DNA of 64,000 nucleotides from an uncultured Lachnospiraceae bacterium (GCA_947624875.1 CANQMA010000001.1:40225-104224), one strand, 5' to 3'; positions 20,877-30,197 are shown, counted from the stretch's first letter. Notes: generated by a model not told the origin, from the sequence alone. Numbers and translations: made by a program.

Positions 20877-21874
20877 ACTTTCACCTGTCTTGTCTTTCCA
20901 TTATTTTTCCGTGCATTCTGTTTTTGATCATATTCTTCATAAGCTTTTACAATTTTCTGTACGAGCGGATGACGAACAACATCGCGGTTATCTAAATACA
21001 CAAAACCAATGCCTTCCACATTGCTTAAAACACGTATGGCAATTTCCAGTCCCGATGTGACGTCTTTTGGTAAATCCTTTTGTGTACGGTCCCCTGTCAC
21101 AATCACTTTGGATCCGAAACCAATCCGGGTTAAAAACATTTTCATCTGCGCCGGCGTCGTATTTTGCGCCTCGTCGAGAATGATAAACGCATTATCCAAT
21201 GTCCGTCCCCGCATATATGCTAAAGGAGCGACTTCAATAATCCCTTTTTCACTGTTTGCAGCAAAACTTTCCGCGCCCATCAACTGATATAGCGCATCGT
21301 ACAAAGGCCTTAAATAAGGATCGACTTTGCTCTGCAAATCTCCCGGAAGAAAGCCTAGATTTTCCCCGGCTTCGATTGCCGGTCTCGTAAGAATAATTTT
21401 ATTGACCTCATTATTTTTTAATGCCGTCACAGCCATCGCCATTGCCAGATAGGTTTTTCCGGTACCCGCAGGACCAATGCCAAAAACGATCAAATTATCC
21501 CGGATAGACTGCACATATGTCTGCTGACCTAATGTTTTCGGCTTTACCGGCTTCCCCATGACGGTTCTGCAGATAATTTCATCGTCCAGTTCTGTCAAAA
21601 CCTGTTCATTTTCTTCAAAGCATAACGATAAGGCATAGTCTACATTCTGTTCAGTGATTTCATTCCCACGCTTCGACAACTCAATCAGTTGGCAAAATAC
21701 GTTTTTCGCTCTCCTGCATGCTGTATCGGAGCCAATGATTTTCAATTCGGAATCCCGGCATATTACCGTTACATGTAAAGTCTTTTCTATCTTTTTTATA
21801 TTTTGATCAAATTGTCCGAAAACATTTTTTTCATGTTCTGACGGAATGTTCATAAGATTTTCAATAACACTCAT
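20873..21874 (-). CDS. phoH: PhoH-family ATPase
   Basis: GPAGTGKT, LGFLPGDL, AYMRGRTL, VVRHPLV. Confidence 0.95.
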   Translation of the reverse strand: MSVIENLMNIPSEHEKNVFGQFDQNIKKIEKTLHVTVICRDSELKIIGSDTACRRAKNVFCQLIELSKRGNEITEQNVDYALSLCFEENEQVLTELDDEIICRTVMGKPVKPKTLGQQTYVQSIRDNLIVFGIGPAGTGKTYLAMAMAVTALKNNEVNKIILTRPAIEAGENLGFLPGDLQSKVDPYLRPLYDALYQLMGAESFAANSEKGIIEVAPLAYMRGRTLDNAFIILDEAQNTTPAQMKMFLTRIGFGSKVIVTGDRTQKDLPKDVTSGLEIAIRVLSNVEGIGFVYLDNRDVVRHPLVQKIVKAYEEYDQKQNARKNNGKTRQVKV

Positions 21875-23055
21875 TGCGTTGTGGTTTCCTTTCTTTCGGT
21901 CATTTCTTCAGCCGGAATATAAGATATTTTTCCGACCGGTTCAATACTGATAAAAGAACCGCTGAGCTGATACTTTTTTTCTGATTCTTTTATTCTAACA
22001 TTTTTTTCCAATATTTTGTACCCCTTTTGTTCTAAAGTTGCAAAATAATACAACATTTTGTTGTTCAGCAGATTTTCTGCTTCTTTTTTTGAGACCGCGA
22101 CTTTTTTTGGCTGCTCCTGATACACGGTTGTCTTCTGAATGGAAAGAGGAAGGTAAAAATTGCCAAACAGTTTCAATTTTATTTCGCTATTTTCATAGTA
22201 CTTATTTTTCATAAAATCATACTTCCAGACATACGATTTCATGGTTGGAAAATAATAACTATTTTTATGCTCATAATTTAATTTCAGCCGTTCTTTATCG
22301 ATGGAGTCTTTATATGAATGCTTTACTTTCATAAAAATATCCGCATCCGCTGTTGTGTATGTATAAAAAAGTCCCTGTCCTGATTCGTCAACGACCTCAA
22401 CGGCTCCGCTCACCAGCATATCTCCTTTTTTTACCTGATCCCCTGCCTTTACCAGAGGCGTTCCATTTCTTGTTACAATGGATACCACGGTTCCTGAGAC
22501 ATTGGATAGGAGATGGAATGGTTTTGTTTCCAAAGTACTGATTTCGGCAATATAATTTTCTTTCAAATGGATCAGCAAATTTGTTCCCTTCATCTCACAG
22601 CTGACCCAGCTGATATTTGGATACTTTGAACGGATTTTTTCTTCCAGTGTTTCGCAGTCCACGTTTGATTTTTTCATACCTTCCACATAATGTATTGTTT
22701 TGACATAAGAAAGAATCTGTTCTTCTGTATAAGAATAATTTCCCAAAACAGAGATCTTCCAAATATATAAGGAATTGATAAACAAAATCATCAAGGTCAG
22801 AAAAACTGCGGTCAGTAAGATTTCCATTTTGTGCATTGTAAAAAATCGAAAAAAACCAAAATCTTTTCGCTCTAATACCGGAAGATGTTCCTTTTTCATA
22901 TAATCATCTAGCTGCAAATAATCGGGTTGATTGATTTCAAAGGATATTTTGTCATGGTTTGTTTTGACATTTCGAAGAATGAGATTGCTGCATTCAGATG
23001 CAATGCGATAGAAATCCGCTTTATAAACCAGAATTTTACAAAAATGATATTTCAT
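21871..23055 (-). CDS. yqfD: Sporulation protein YqfD
   Basis: GTPLVKAGDQVKKGDMLVSG motif; yqfC-yqfD-phoH-ybeY synteny. Confidence 0.85.
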   Translation of the reverse strand: MKYHFCKILVYKADFYRIASECSNLILRNVKTNHDKISFEINQPDYLQLDDYMKKEHLPVLERKDFGFFRFFTMHKMEILLTAVFLTLMILFINSLYIWKISVLGNYSYTEEQILSYVKTIHYVEGMKKSNVDCETLEEKIRSKYPNISWVSCEMKGTNLLIHLKENYIAEISTLETKPFHLLSNVSGTVVSIVTRNGTPLVKAGDQVKKGDMLVSGAVEVVDESGQGLFYTYTTADADIFMKVKHSYKDSIDKERLKLNYEHKNSYYFPTMKSYVWKYDFMKNKYYENSEIKLKLFGNFYLPLSIQKTTVYQEQPKKVAVSKKEAENLLNNKMLYYFATLEQKGYKILEKNVRIKESEKKYQLSGSFISIEPVGKISYIPAEEMTERKETTTQ

Positions 23056-23287
23056 GAAAAACTCCCTTGACAATAATGGTCTGCCGGTTATAGTATGCGA
23101 TTACAAGATTTTCTCCCTTGACACAGATTGAAAATGTTTTGCACTGGATTTTAATTTCATCAGAGAGAAATAATAATAACTTTTTATAGTTTTCTATAAT
23201 CAGTTCATTTTTTCCGATTAGCTGACAGAGAATGTCTTTTTTCACAACATCTCTTGGAAGGTCATATTGATTATCTACATTAAACAT
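23036..23287 (-). CDS. yqfC: YqfC/YabP-family sporulation protein
   Basis: DLPRDVV, ELIIENYK, VKGENLVI motifs; the upstream ORF extension runs through a terminator, so start placed at 23287. Confidence 0.8.
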   Translation of the reverse strand: MFNVDNQYDLPRDVVKKDILCQLIGKNELIIENYKKLLLFLSDEIKIQCKTFSICVKGENLVIAYYNRQTIIVKGVFHEISFL

Positions 23288-23314
23288 AAAACTCTTTTTT
23301 ATTTTAGTATATGA

Positions 23315-23345
23315 AAAACCCCGAAACATCATGTTTCGGGGTTTT
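23315..23345 (-). terminator. Intrinsic terminator after rpsU
   Basis: Perfect inverted repeat AAAACCCCGAAACAT-C-ATGTTTCGGGGTTTT with T-run on minus strand. Confidence 0.8.
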
Positions 23346-23371
23346 AAATTTGTCATTCTAAATGACTTTTA

Positions 23372-23548
23372 TTAGTTATATTTGCGCTTTCTAGCGGCTT
23401 CTGATTTTTTCTTACGCTTTACGCTTGGCTTTTCGTAATGTTCACGCTTGCGGATTTCCTGCTGGATCCCGGCTTTTGCGCAATTTCTTTTAAATCTACG
23501 CAGCGCACTGTCGATAGATTCATTTTCTTTTACGATAACGCTTGACAC
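23372..23548 (-). CDS. rpsU: 30S ribosomal protein S21
   Basis: Not in ORF track. GTG start after GGAGG; (M)[57 protein letters not shown]. Confidence 0.97.
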   Translation of the reverse strand: MSSVIVKENESIDSALRRFKRNCAKAGIQQEIRKREHYEKPSVKRKKKSEAARKRKYN

Positions 23549-23616
23549 TTTCCTGACCTCCCTTCAGTCATAGATTCCTAAAACTGTAGGTATTTGTGCA
23601 AAAATGCACTTTTGTT

Positions 23617-23644
23617 ATTATACCATAGATTTTCTAATCGTCAA
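23617..23644 (-). promoter_or_regulatory. SigA promoter for rpsU
   Basis: TTGACG-16 nt-TATAAT with extended TG. Confidence 0.7.
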
Positions 23645-23649
23645 CAATT

Positions 23650-23961
23650 TTATTGAAATTTTATAGCGGTTCCATATGCCATGATTTCAGCAGCGCCCTG
23701 CATCACTGATGCAGAATTGTAACGGACTGCAATGACTGCGTCTGCGCCAAGCGCTTCTGCTTCCTGTATCATGCGCTCTGTGGCGATTGTTCTGGCTTCT
23801 CCCATCATCTTTGTATAGGACTTCAATTCGCCTCCGACAATCGTCTTAAATCCCTGCCCCATATCTTTCAAGGCATTTTTTGACTGGATTGTACTTCCCT
23901 TGACTAATCCTAAAGGTTCATATTCTTTTCCCGGATAGATGTCTGTTGTTAAAAGCATCAT
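23650..23961 (-). CDS. YbjQ/UPF0145 family protein
   Basis: GLVKGSTI, VGGELKSYT, LGADAVIAVRY, YGTAI. Confidence 0.92.
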   Translation of the reverse strand: MMLLTTDIYPGKEYEPLGLVKGSTIQSKNALKDMGQGFKTIVGGELKSYTKMMGEARTIATERMIQEAEALGADAVIAVRYNSASVMQGAAEIMAYGTAIKFQ

Positions 23962-23989
23962 ATTTTTTTCCTCCTGTGTCATTTATAAT

Positions 23990-26626
23990 TTATAATTGCT
24001 TTTCAAGAATTTCTTTTGCCGCTTTCACTGCCGCGTCAGCGCCCGCAGGATTTTTACCGCCCGCCTGAGCCATATTCGGACGTCCGCCTCCGCCTCCGCC
24101 GACAAGTTTTGCGATTTCTTTAATCATATTTCCGGCATGTGCGCCTTTTGCAACGGCATCGTCGTCTGCCATCACAAGGACGTTTGCCCTGTCTGCATTT
24201 GTCGAAACAAGCACCAGAACGCCGCCGCCCATTTTTTCTTTCAGATTATCGCCTAAGTTCCTCAGTTCGTTCATATCGACATCAGAAACTTTTAAGGCGA
24301 GCAGTTTCACGCCGGAAACCTCTGTCACCTGATTGAGCGCATCGCCCACGGAAGCGTTTGCCATCTTCGCTTTCAGCTTTTCATTTTCGCCGGACAACAA
24401 TTTGATTTCATCATTCATGCTCTGGATTTTCTTTACCAGTTCTGCCGGTGTTGTTTTTGCAGCCTTTGCGGCACTGTGCAATTCTTTTTCAATCTGTGCA
24501 TAATATTTTAACACGCCGTTTCCGGTCAATGCTTCAATCCTTCGAACCCCTGCCGCAACGCCGGATTCGGAAATTATTTTAAAACTGGAAATTGTTCCGG
24601 TATTGGACACATGTGTTCCGCCGCACAGTTCAACCGAATAGTCTCCCATAGAAACGACACGAACTACTTCGCCATATTTTTCTCCAAATAAAGCGGTTGC
24701 GCCGCTCTTTCTCGCATCATCCAGATTCATTTCCCTGGTCACGACATCCAGACCATTGGCAATTTGCTCATTCACCAGTGCTTCGACTTTTTCAATTTCT
24801 TCTTTCGTCATTGCCTGAAAATGAGTAAAATCAAAACGCAGCCTGTCTGCATCGACATAGGAACCAGCCTGCTCTACATGGTCGCCAAGCACCAGTTTTA
24901 AGGACTTCTGAAGAAGATGTGTCGCACTGTGGTTTTTTGCCGTCGCGCTGCGGCTGTTTGAATCAACCTTCAGTGTAATCTGATCTCCTGTCTGAAGCAT
25001 CCCGCTTTTCACTGTTCCGAGATGTCCAATTTTATCTCCCGGAAGTTTGATGGTTTCCGTGACCTCAAAGACACCATGATTTGATATAATGATGCCGCGG
25101 TCTCCAAGCTGTCCGCCCATTGTAGCATAAAATGGAGTCTGTTCTGCAACAATCGTGCCACGGTCTCCTTCTGCAAGCGCCTGCACGACTTCTTCCTCTG
25201 TCGTCAGCGCAAGAATGACGGAGTCTTCCATGAGCCGGTCGTAGCCCACAAATGCAGAGTGCAGCGCCAGATCAAGCTGCTCATAAACCGTTGCGTCCGC
25301 TCCCATATAATTTGTCTTTTTACGCGCTTTTCTGGCAGTCTCTTTTTGGACGTTCATCGCCTTCTGGAATCCGTCTTCATCTACCGTGTATCCCTTTTCC
25401 TCTAAAATTTCTTCTGTTAAATCCAGCGGAAATCCAAAGGTGTCATATAATTTGAAAGCATCTTCACCGGACAAAACGCCGGAACCGCTCTGCTCCAATT
25501 TCTTTTCCATTTCAGAAAGAATCCGTAATCCGGTGTCAATCGTCTTGTAGAATTTATTTTCCTCTTCCGTCAGAACTTTGAAAATCATCGTTTTCTTTTC
25601 TTCCAGTTCCGGATAACCGTCCTTGGAGCTTTCAATCACTGTTTTGGACAATTCTGCAAGAAACTGTTCATTCCTGCCCAATAGTTTTCCATGTCTTGCA
25701 GCGCGGCGGATTAACCGTCTTAACACATAGCCTCTGCCCTCATTCGACGGCATGATTCCGTCAGAAATCATAAATGTGGCGGAACGGATATGGTCAGTAA
25801 TGATACGGATTGAAACATCCCACTGCTCTTTTTTATGATATTCTTTCCCGGTAATTTCACTGACACGGTCTCTTAATGCTTTAATGGTATCCACATCGAA
25901 AATAGAGTCCACATCCTGAACGACAGTTGCGAGCCGCTCAAGTCCCATACCGGTGTCTATATTTTTTTGTTCTAACGGTTCATAATGGCCTTTTCCATCG
26001 TTATCAAACTGTGTAAATACGATATTCCAGATTTCAATAAACCGGTCACAATCACAACCGACTGTACAATCCGGTTTCCCACAACCGTATTTTTCACCAC
26101 GGTCATAGAAAATCTCAGAACAGGGACCGCAAGGGCCGGCGCCATGCTCCCAGAAATTATCTTCTTTGCCAAAGCGGAAAATGCGGTCTTTTGAAATACC
26201 AATCTGATGGTGCCAGATATCAAATGCCTCATCATCGTCTTTGTACACTGTCGGATAGAGTCTGTTTGCATCCAGACCAACAACTTCCGTCAAAAATTCC
26301 CATGCCCATGGGATGGATTCCTTTTTAAAGTAATCTCCAAAGGAAAAATTTCCGAGCATTTCAAAAAAAGTACCATGCCTTGCCGTTTTACCGATATTTT
26401 CAATATCGCTTGTCCGAATACATTTCTGACAGGTTGCCATGCGGGTGCTTGGCGGAATTTCCTGTCCGGTAAAATAAGGTTTTAACGGAGCCATCCCGGC
26501 AATAATCAAAAGAACGCTTTTGTCATTGTGCGGCACCAGGGAATAACTTCCTCTCACCAGATGTCCCTTGGATGCAAAAAAATCCAAAAACATCTTTCGA
26601 AGTTCATTTAAACCATACTGTTTCAT
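23990..26626 (-). CDS. alaS: Alanine--tRNA ligase
   Basis: HGTFFEMLGNFSFGDYFK, HSATHLL, ELCGGTH, GGGGG C-Ala domain; GGAGG before ATG 26626. Confidence 0.98.
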   Translation of the reverse strand: MKQYGLNELRKMFLDFFASKGHLVRGSYSLVPHNDKSVLLIIAGMAPLKPYFTGQEIPPSTRMATCQKCIRTSDIENIGKTARHGTFFEMLGNFSFGDYFKKESIPWAWEFLTEVVGLDANRLYPTVYKDDDEAFDIWHHQIGISKDRIFRFGKEDNFWEHGAGPCGPCSEIFYDRGEKYGCGKPDCTVGCDCDRFIEIWNIVFTQFDNDGKGHYEPLEQKNIDTGMGLERLATVVQDVDSIFDVDTIKALRDRVSEITGKEYHKKEQWDVSIRIITDHIRSATFMISDGIMPSNEGRGYVLRRLIRRAARHGKLLGRNEQFLAELSKTVIESSKDGYPELEEKKTMIFKVLTEEENKFYKTIDTGLRILSEMEKKLEQSGSGVLSGEDAFKLYDTFGFPLDLTEEILEEKGYTVDEDGFQKAMNVQKETARKARKKTNYMGADATVYEQLDLALHSAFVGYDRLMEDSVILALTTEEEVVQALAEGDRGTIVAEQTPFYATMGGQLGDRGIIISNHGVFEVTETIKLPGDKIGHLGTVKSGMLQTGDQITLKVDSNSRSATAKNHSATHLLQKSLKLVLGDHVEQAGSYVDADRLRFDFTHFQAMTKEEIEKVEALVNEQIANGLDVVTREMNLDDARKSGATALFGEKYGEVVRVVSMGDYSVELCGGTHVSNTGTISSFKIISESGVAAGVRRIEALTGNGVLKYYAQIEKELHSAAKAAKTTPAELVKKIQSMNDEIKLLSGENEKLKAKMANASVGDALNQVTEVSGVKLLALKVSDVDMNELRNLGDNLKEKMGGGVLVLVSTNADRANVLVMADDDAVAKGAHAGNMIKEIAKLVGGGGGGRPNMAQAGGKNPAGADAAVKAAKEILEKQL

Positions 26627-26671
26627 TGTATTTTCCTCCAAAATCGTGTCAGTCAACAGAATCTCATCCAT

Positions 26672-27898
26672 TTAATCTGTTTTGACCTGATGATAAACTT
26701 TCTTCCCTTTCTTTAACAGCAGCACGCCGTCTTCATTGAAGTCAGAAGTCGTAAAAACCGCGTCAACCGCAGTTACTTTTTGTCCGTTCACGGAAATACC
26801 GTTCTGCTGAACTAATCGTCTGCCCTCGCCGCGGGACGCGGCAAGTTTCGTGTCAGTCAGAAGCGTTAATATGTCTTTTCCCGCTTCGAGTTCATCCTTT
26901 GGATAGGTTGTAGTCGGAATATCTCCGGAAACCCCACCGTTTTTGAAGATATTTCTGGATGTCTCTTCTGCTTTCTTTGCCTCTTCCTCACCATGTACGA
27001 GATTTGTCAGTTCATAAGCAAGAATTTCTTTTGCTTTATTCAGTTCACTTCCCTGCCACTGTTCCATGGCCTCGATTTCTTCAATCGGAAGAAATGTCAG
27101 CATTTTTAAGCATTTGATGACGTCTGCATCGTCTACATTTCTCCAATACTGATAAAAATCATATGGGGAAGTTTTGTCTGCGTCAAGCCATACGGCTCCG
27201 GAGACTGTTTTTCCCATCTTCTTTCCCTCAGAATTTAAGAGCAGGGTGATTGTCATCGCAGAGGCATCTTTCCCTAATTTCCGCCGAATCAGTTCTGTAC
27301 CGCCAAGCATATTGCTCCACTGGTCATCTCCGCCAAACTGCAGATTACAGCCATATTCCTGAAATAATTTGTAAAAATCGTAACTCTGCATAATCATATA
27401 GTTAAATTCCAGAAAACTGAGTCCTCTCTCCATTCTCTGTTTATAACATTCCGCAGTCAGCATTCGATTGACACTGAAATGCGCGCCAACCTCCCGCAGC
27501 AGTTCGATATAATTTAAATCAAGCAGCCAGTCCGCATTGTTGACCAGCAGCGCTTTTCCATCTGAAAAATCAATAAAGCGGCTCATCTGTTTTTTAAAAC
27601 AGCTGACATTGTGGTCAATGGTCTCTTTCGTCATCATCTGACGCATATCGGTTTTTCCGGACGGATCACCAATCATGGCAGTTCCTCCCCCAATCAGGGC
27701 GATTGGTTTATTTCCTGCCATCTGCAATCTTTTCATCAGACATAGCGCCATAAAATGTCCTACATGAAGACTATCCGCAGTCGGGTCAAATCCAATATAA
27801 AATACAGCCTTCCCGTGATTAATTAAATCTTTTATCAATTCTTCGTCTGTCACCTGCGCAATCAGACCTCTTCTCTTTAAATCTTCGTAGATATTCAT
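26672..27898 (-). CDS. tyrS: Tyrosine--tRNA ligase
   Basis: GFDPTADSLHVGH, QFGGDDQWSN, KMGKT, S4-like C-terminus. Confidence 0.98.
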   Translation of the reverse strand: MNIYEDLKRRGLIAQVTDEELIKDLINHGKAVFYIGFDPTADSLHVGHFMALCLMKRLQMAGNKPIALIGGGTAMIGDPSGKTDMRQMMTKETIDHNVSCFKKQMSRFIDFSDGKALLVNNADWLLDLNYIELLREVGAHFSVNRMLTAECYKQRMERGLSFLEFNYMIMQSYDFYKLFQEYGCNLQFGGDDQWSNMLGGTELIRRKLGKDASAMTITLLLNSEGKKMGKTVSGAVWLDADKTSPYDFYQYWRNVDDADVIKCLKMLTFLPIEEIEAMEQWQGSELNKAKEILAYELTNLVHGEEEAKKAEETSRNIFKNGGVSGDIPTTTYPKDELEAGKDILTLLTDTKLAASRGEGRRLVQQNGISVNGQKVTAVDAVFTTSDFNEDGVLLLKKGKKVYHQVKTD

Positions 27899-27930
27899 TG
27901 CAGTTCTCCTTTAAATAAACTCGGTTTCTA

Positions 27931-27959
27931 ATTTTAGCATAACAGGGATGTTTTTTCAA
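27931..27959 (-). promoter_or_regulatory. SigA promoter for tyrS-alaS
   Basis: TTGAAA-17 nt-TAAAAT with extended TG, 32 nt upstream of the start codon. Confidence 0.65.
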
Positions 27960-28090
27960 GAAATTATACGACGGGTTGAACACGCGGCTGAATTACGTCG
28001 GATTGTATGATAAGTTGAATACGCCCGATAAAATTACACTGTGACGGTTTGATATCCGAATCGTTATCGGCAAACCTGCAATTTTCAATC

Positions 28091-28461
28091 TATTACATGC
28101 AAATTCTTTCATTTTAAGCCTGCATCAATGTAATTTTGTTTGTCTTTTTTACTTTAGTACGGATAATTACATGTAGATTTGCCATGATTTGCGAGATATG
28201 TATGTAATTTAGTTTGATTTTTCATGCTTTTTATGGATAATTACATATAGATTTTCTATGAATTGCAAGATATATATGTAATTTAGTTTGATTCTCCATG
28301 CTTTTTATGAATTATTACATGTAGATTTTCTATGAATTGCAAGATATATATGTAATTTAGTTTGATTCTCCATGCTTTTTATAGATTATTACATGCAGAT
28401 TGACCGTGATTTGCAAAATGGATATGTAATTTCAAATATTTTCCATGTTCTGCGTATGAAA
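28091..28461. repeat. Non-coding tandem array, 5 x 74 bp, with alternating inverted ATTACAT/ATGTAAT motifs
   Basis: ATTACAT at 28092, 28166, 28240, 28314, 28388; ATGTAATTT at 28128, 28202, 28276, 28350, 28424; units 3 and 4 are 71/74 identical, units 2 and 4 are 65/74. Confidence 0.95.
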
Positions 28462-28570
28462 TATGCGATGTCATATCTCCGCTGTCCTGATTTAAAACAA
28501 TGTTGGCATTTTTGGAATTTCTAATATACTGCTATGGAGAGGAATAGCAAGCGCGTTTCGGATTCAAGTA

Positions 28571-28625
28571 AGAGGGCATTTCTAAAACGACAGGTCTAAA
28601 CCTATACGTCTTAGAAATACCCTCT
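28571..28625 (-). terminator. Long hairpin downstream of spoIVA (terminator or REP-like element)
   Basis: AGAGGGCATTTCTAAAACG...CGTCTTAGAAATACCCTCT; both outer-stem mismatches become G-U pairs on the minus-strand RNA. Confidence 0.6.
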
Positions 28626-28670
28626 ATATTTTTGCGTATGGACTGTTAAGTTATGCAGGCGTCAATCCGT

Positions 28671-30137
28671 TTACAAAACAATACAGATAACGCCCCTGCT
28701 CTGGTCATTGGTAATCTTTTCAATTGTTCCCTGCATCCGGTTTCTCGTCTCCTCGGAAAGATTGTTAATCTTATTTGCAATTCCCTCATTGACAATCTGT
28801 CCGATAGATTTTCCAAAAATATTGGTGTCCCAGATGCTGGAATCAGATTCTTCTTTATGATTGATAAACTCAATCAAATCCTGCGCCTGTTCCTCACTGC
28901 CGATAATCGGTGATATTTCTGTCAGAATATCGGTTTTCACAAAGTGAACCGACGGAGCAACCGCTTTGATTTTTACGCCGAATTTATTTCCATTTCGAAT
29001 CAGTTCCGGCTCTTCTAAAATAATATCTTCTTTTTCCGGCGCGACAATTCCATATCCTGTTGCCTTCACCGTTTCAAAAGCATCTTCAAACTTTTCATAA
29101 TGATTCCGCAAAACGGAGAGTTCTTTTACCAGCTGAATGAGCTGAAGCTGATTTCTGATATCCGTACCGGCAAGCTCCGTCAGGGTATCGTAATAATATT
29201 TCTCGTCGACATCAAATAAATAATTAATTTTTCCGTTTGACAAATCGACGGATGAGACAGAAATATCATTGATATACTGGCTCTTTTCCGGATGAACCCG
29301 GCTGAGATCTTTGACATATGTAATGTGTTCCAAAATATCTTTTGAAACTGCAATGATATTTTGAATCATTTCCTTATCCTGATCCATAATATCGAGCCAT
29401 TTCGGCATATTAAAGTTAATTTCCGTCACAGGAAACTCAAATAAAATCCGCTCCAGTATTTCATTGACATTCCGCTCATTCAGATGCAGACAATTCATTC
29501 CAATGACGGAAACGTCGTATTTCTTTTCAATATCTCTGCAGAGCGCACGGCATTCATCTGATTCCGGATTCATGGAATTCACCAGAACAATAAATGGTTT
29601 CTGAATTGCCTTTAATCTGTTTACTGTCTTATCTAAAGCCTTGTTATACTCCGCGACATCCAAATCTGTAAAACTGCCGTCGCTGGTAATGACGATTCCT
29701 ATCGTGGAATGTTCGGAGATTACTTTATCCGTTCCAATTTCAGCGGCTTTGGAAAATGGAATTGGATTTTCAAACCATGGCGTCTTGACCATGCGTTCTT
29801 CATTTTCCTCCATATGTCCGCTCGCACCCTCGACCATAAAGCCGACGCAGTCAATCAGCCGGACTTTCAAATCTGCCTGTCCTCCCAGTTTCATGGAAAC
29901 AGCTTTGTTTGGAATAAATTTTGGTTCTGTAGTCATGATTGTTTTTCCGGACGAAGACTGAGGCAATTCATCAATTGTGCGCTTTAAATCATTTTCATCC
30001 TGAATTTTGGGTACCACTGCAATGTTCATAAAATTTTTTATAAAAGTAGATTTACCGGTTCTTACCGGCCCCACAACACCGATATAGATTTCTCCATTGG
30101 TCCGTTTTTCGATATCCTCATAAACATTAAACTGCAT
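28671..30137 (-). CDS. spoIVA: Stage IV sporulation protein A
   Basis: IYIGVVGPVRTGKSTFIK, DELPQS, MTTEPKF, HSTIGIVIT, IWDTNIFGKS. Confidence 0.97.
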   Translation of the reverse strand: MQFNVYEDIEKRTNGEIYIGVVGPVRTGKSTFIKNFMNIAVVPKIQDENDLKRTIDELPQSSSGKTIMTTEPKFIPNKAVSMKLGGQADLKVRLIDCVGFMVEGASGHMEENEERMVKTPWFENPIPFSKAAEIGTDKVISEHSTIGIVITSDGSFTDLDVAEYNKALDKTVNRLKAIQKPFIVLVNSMNPESDECRALCRDIEKKYDVSVIGMNCLHLNERNVNEILERILFEFPVTEINFNMPKWLDIMDQDKEMIQNIIAVSKDILEHITYVKDLSRVHPEKSQYINDISVSSVDLSNGKINYLFDVDEKYYYDTLTELAGTDIRNQLQLIQLVKELSVLRNHYEKFEDAFETVKATGYGIVAPEKEDIILEEPELIRNGNKFGVKIKAVAPSVHFVKTDILTEISPIIGSEEQAQDLIEFINHKEESDSSIWDTNIFGKSIGQIVNEGIANKINNLSEETRNRMQGTIEKITNDQSRGVICIVL

Positions 30138-30197
30138 AAAAAATCCCCCACATATGATTTCATCACCCATCTAATGACGGTTTTCTTTGTCTAATCA

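Noticed and set aside
28091-28461. CRISPR or TIGR-type guide array interpretation of the 74-bp repeat
   Set aside because: Inter-motif segments of units 2-5 are homologous rather than unique spacers. The constant motifs are only 7-9 bp and alternate in orientation. No cas or Nop-domain gene is recognisable in the window.
27899-28670. T-box riboswitch expected upstream of tyrS
   Set aside because: No T-box consensus or antiterminator seen, and a promoter lies directly upstream of the gene.
28646-28913. ORFs 28646-28873(-) and 28653-28913(+)
   Set aside because: Alternate-frame and antisense shadows of spoIVA with no recognisable motif.
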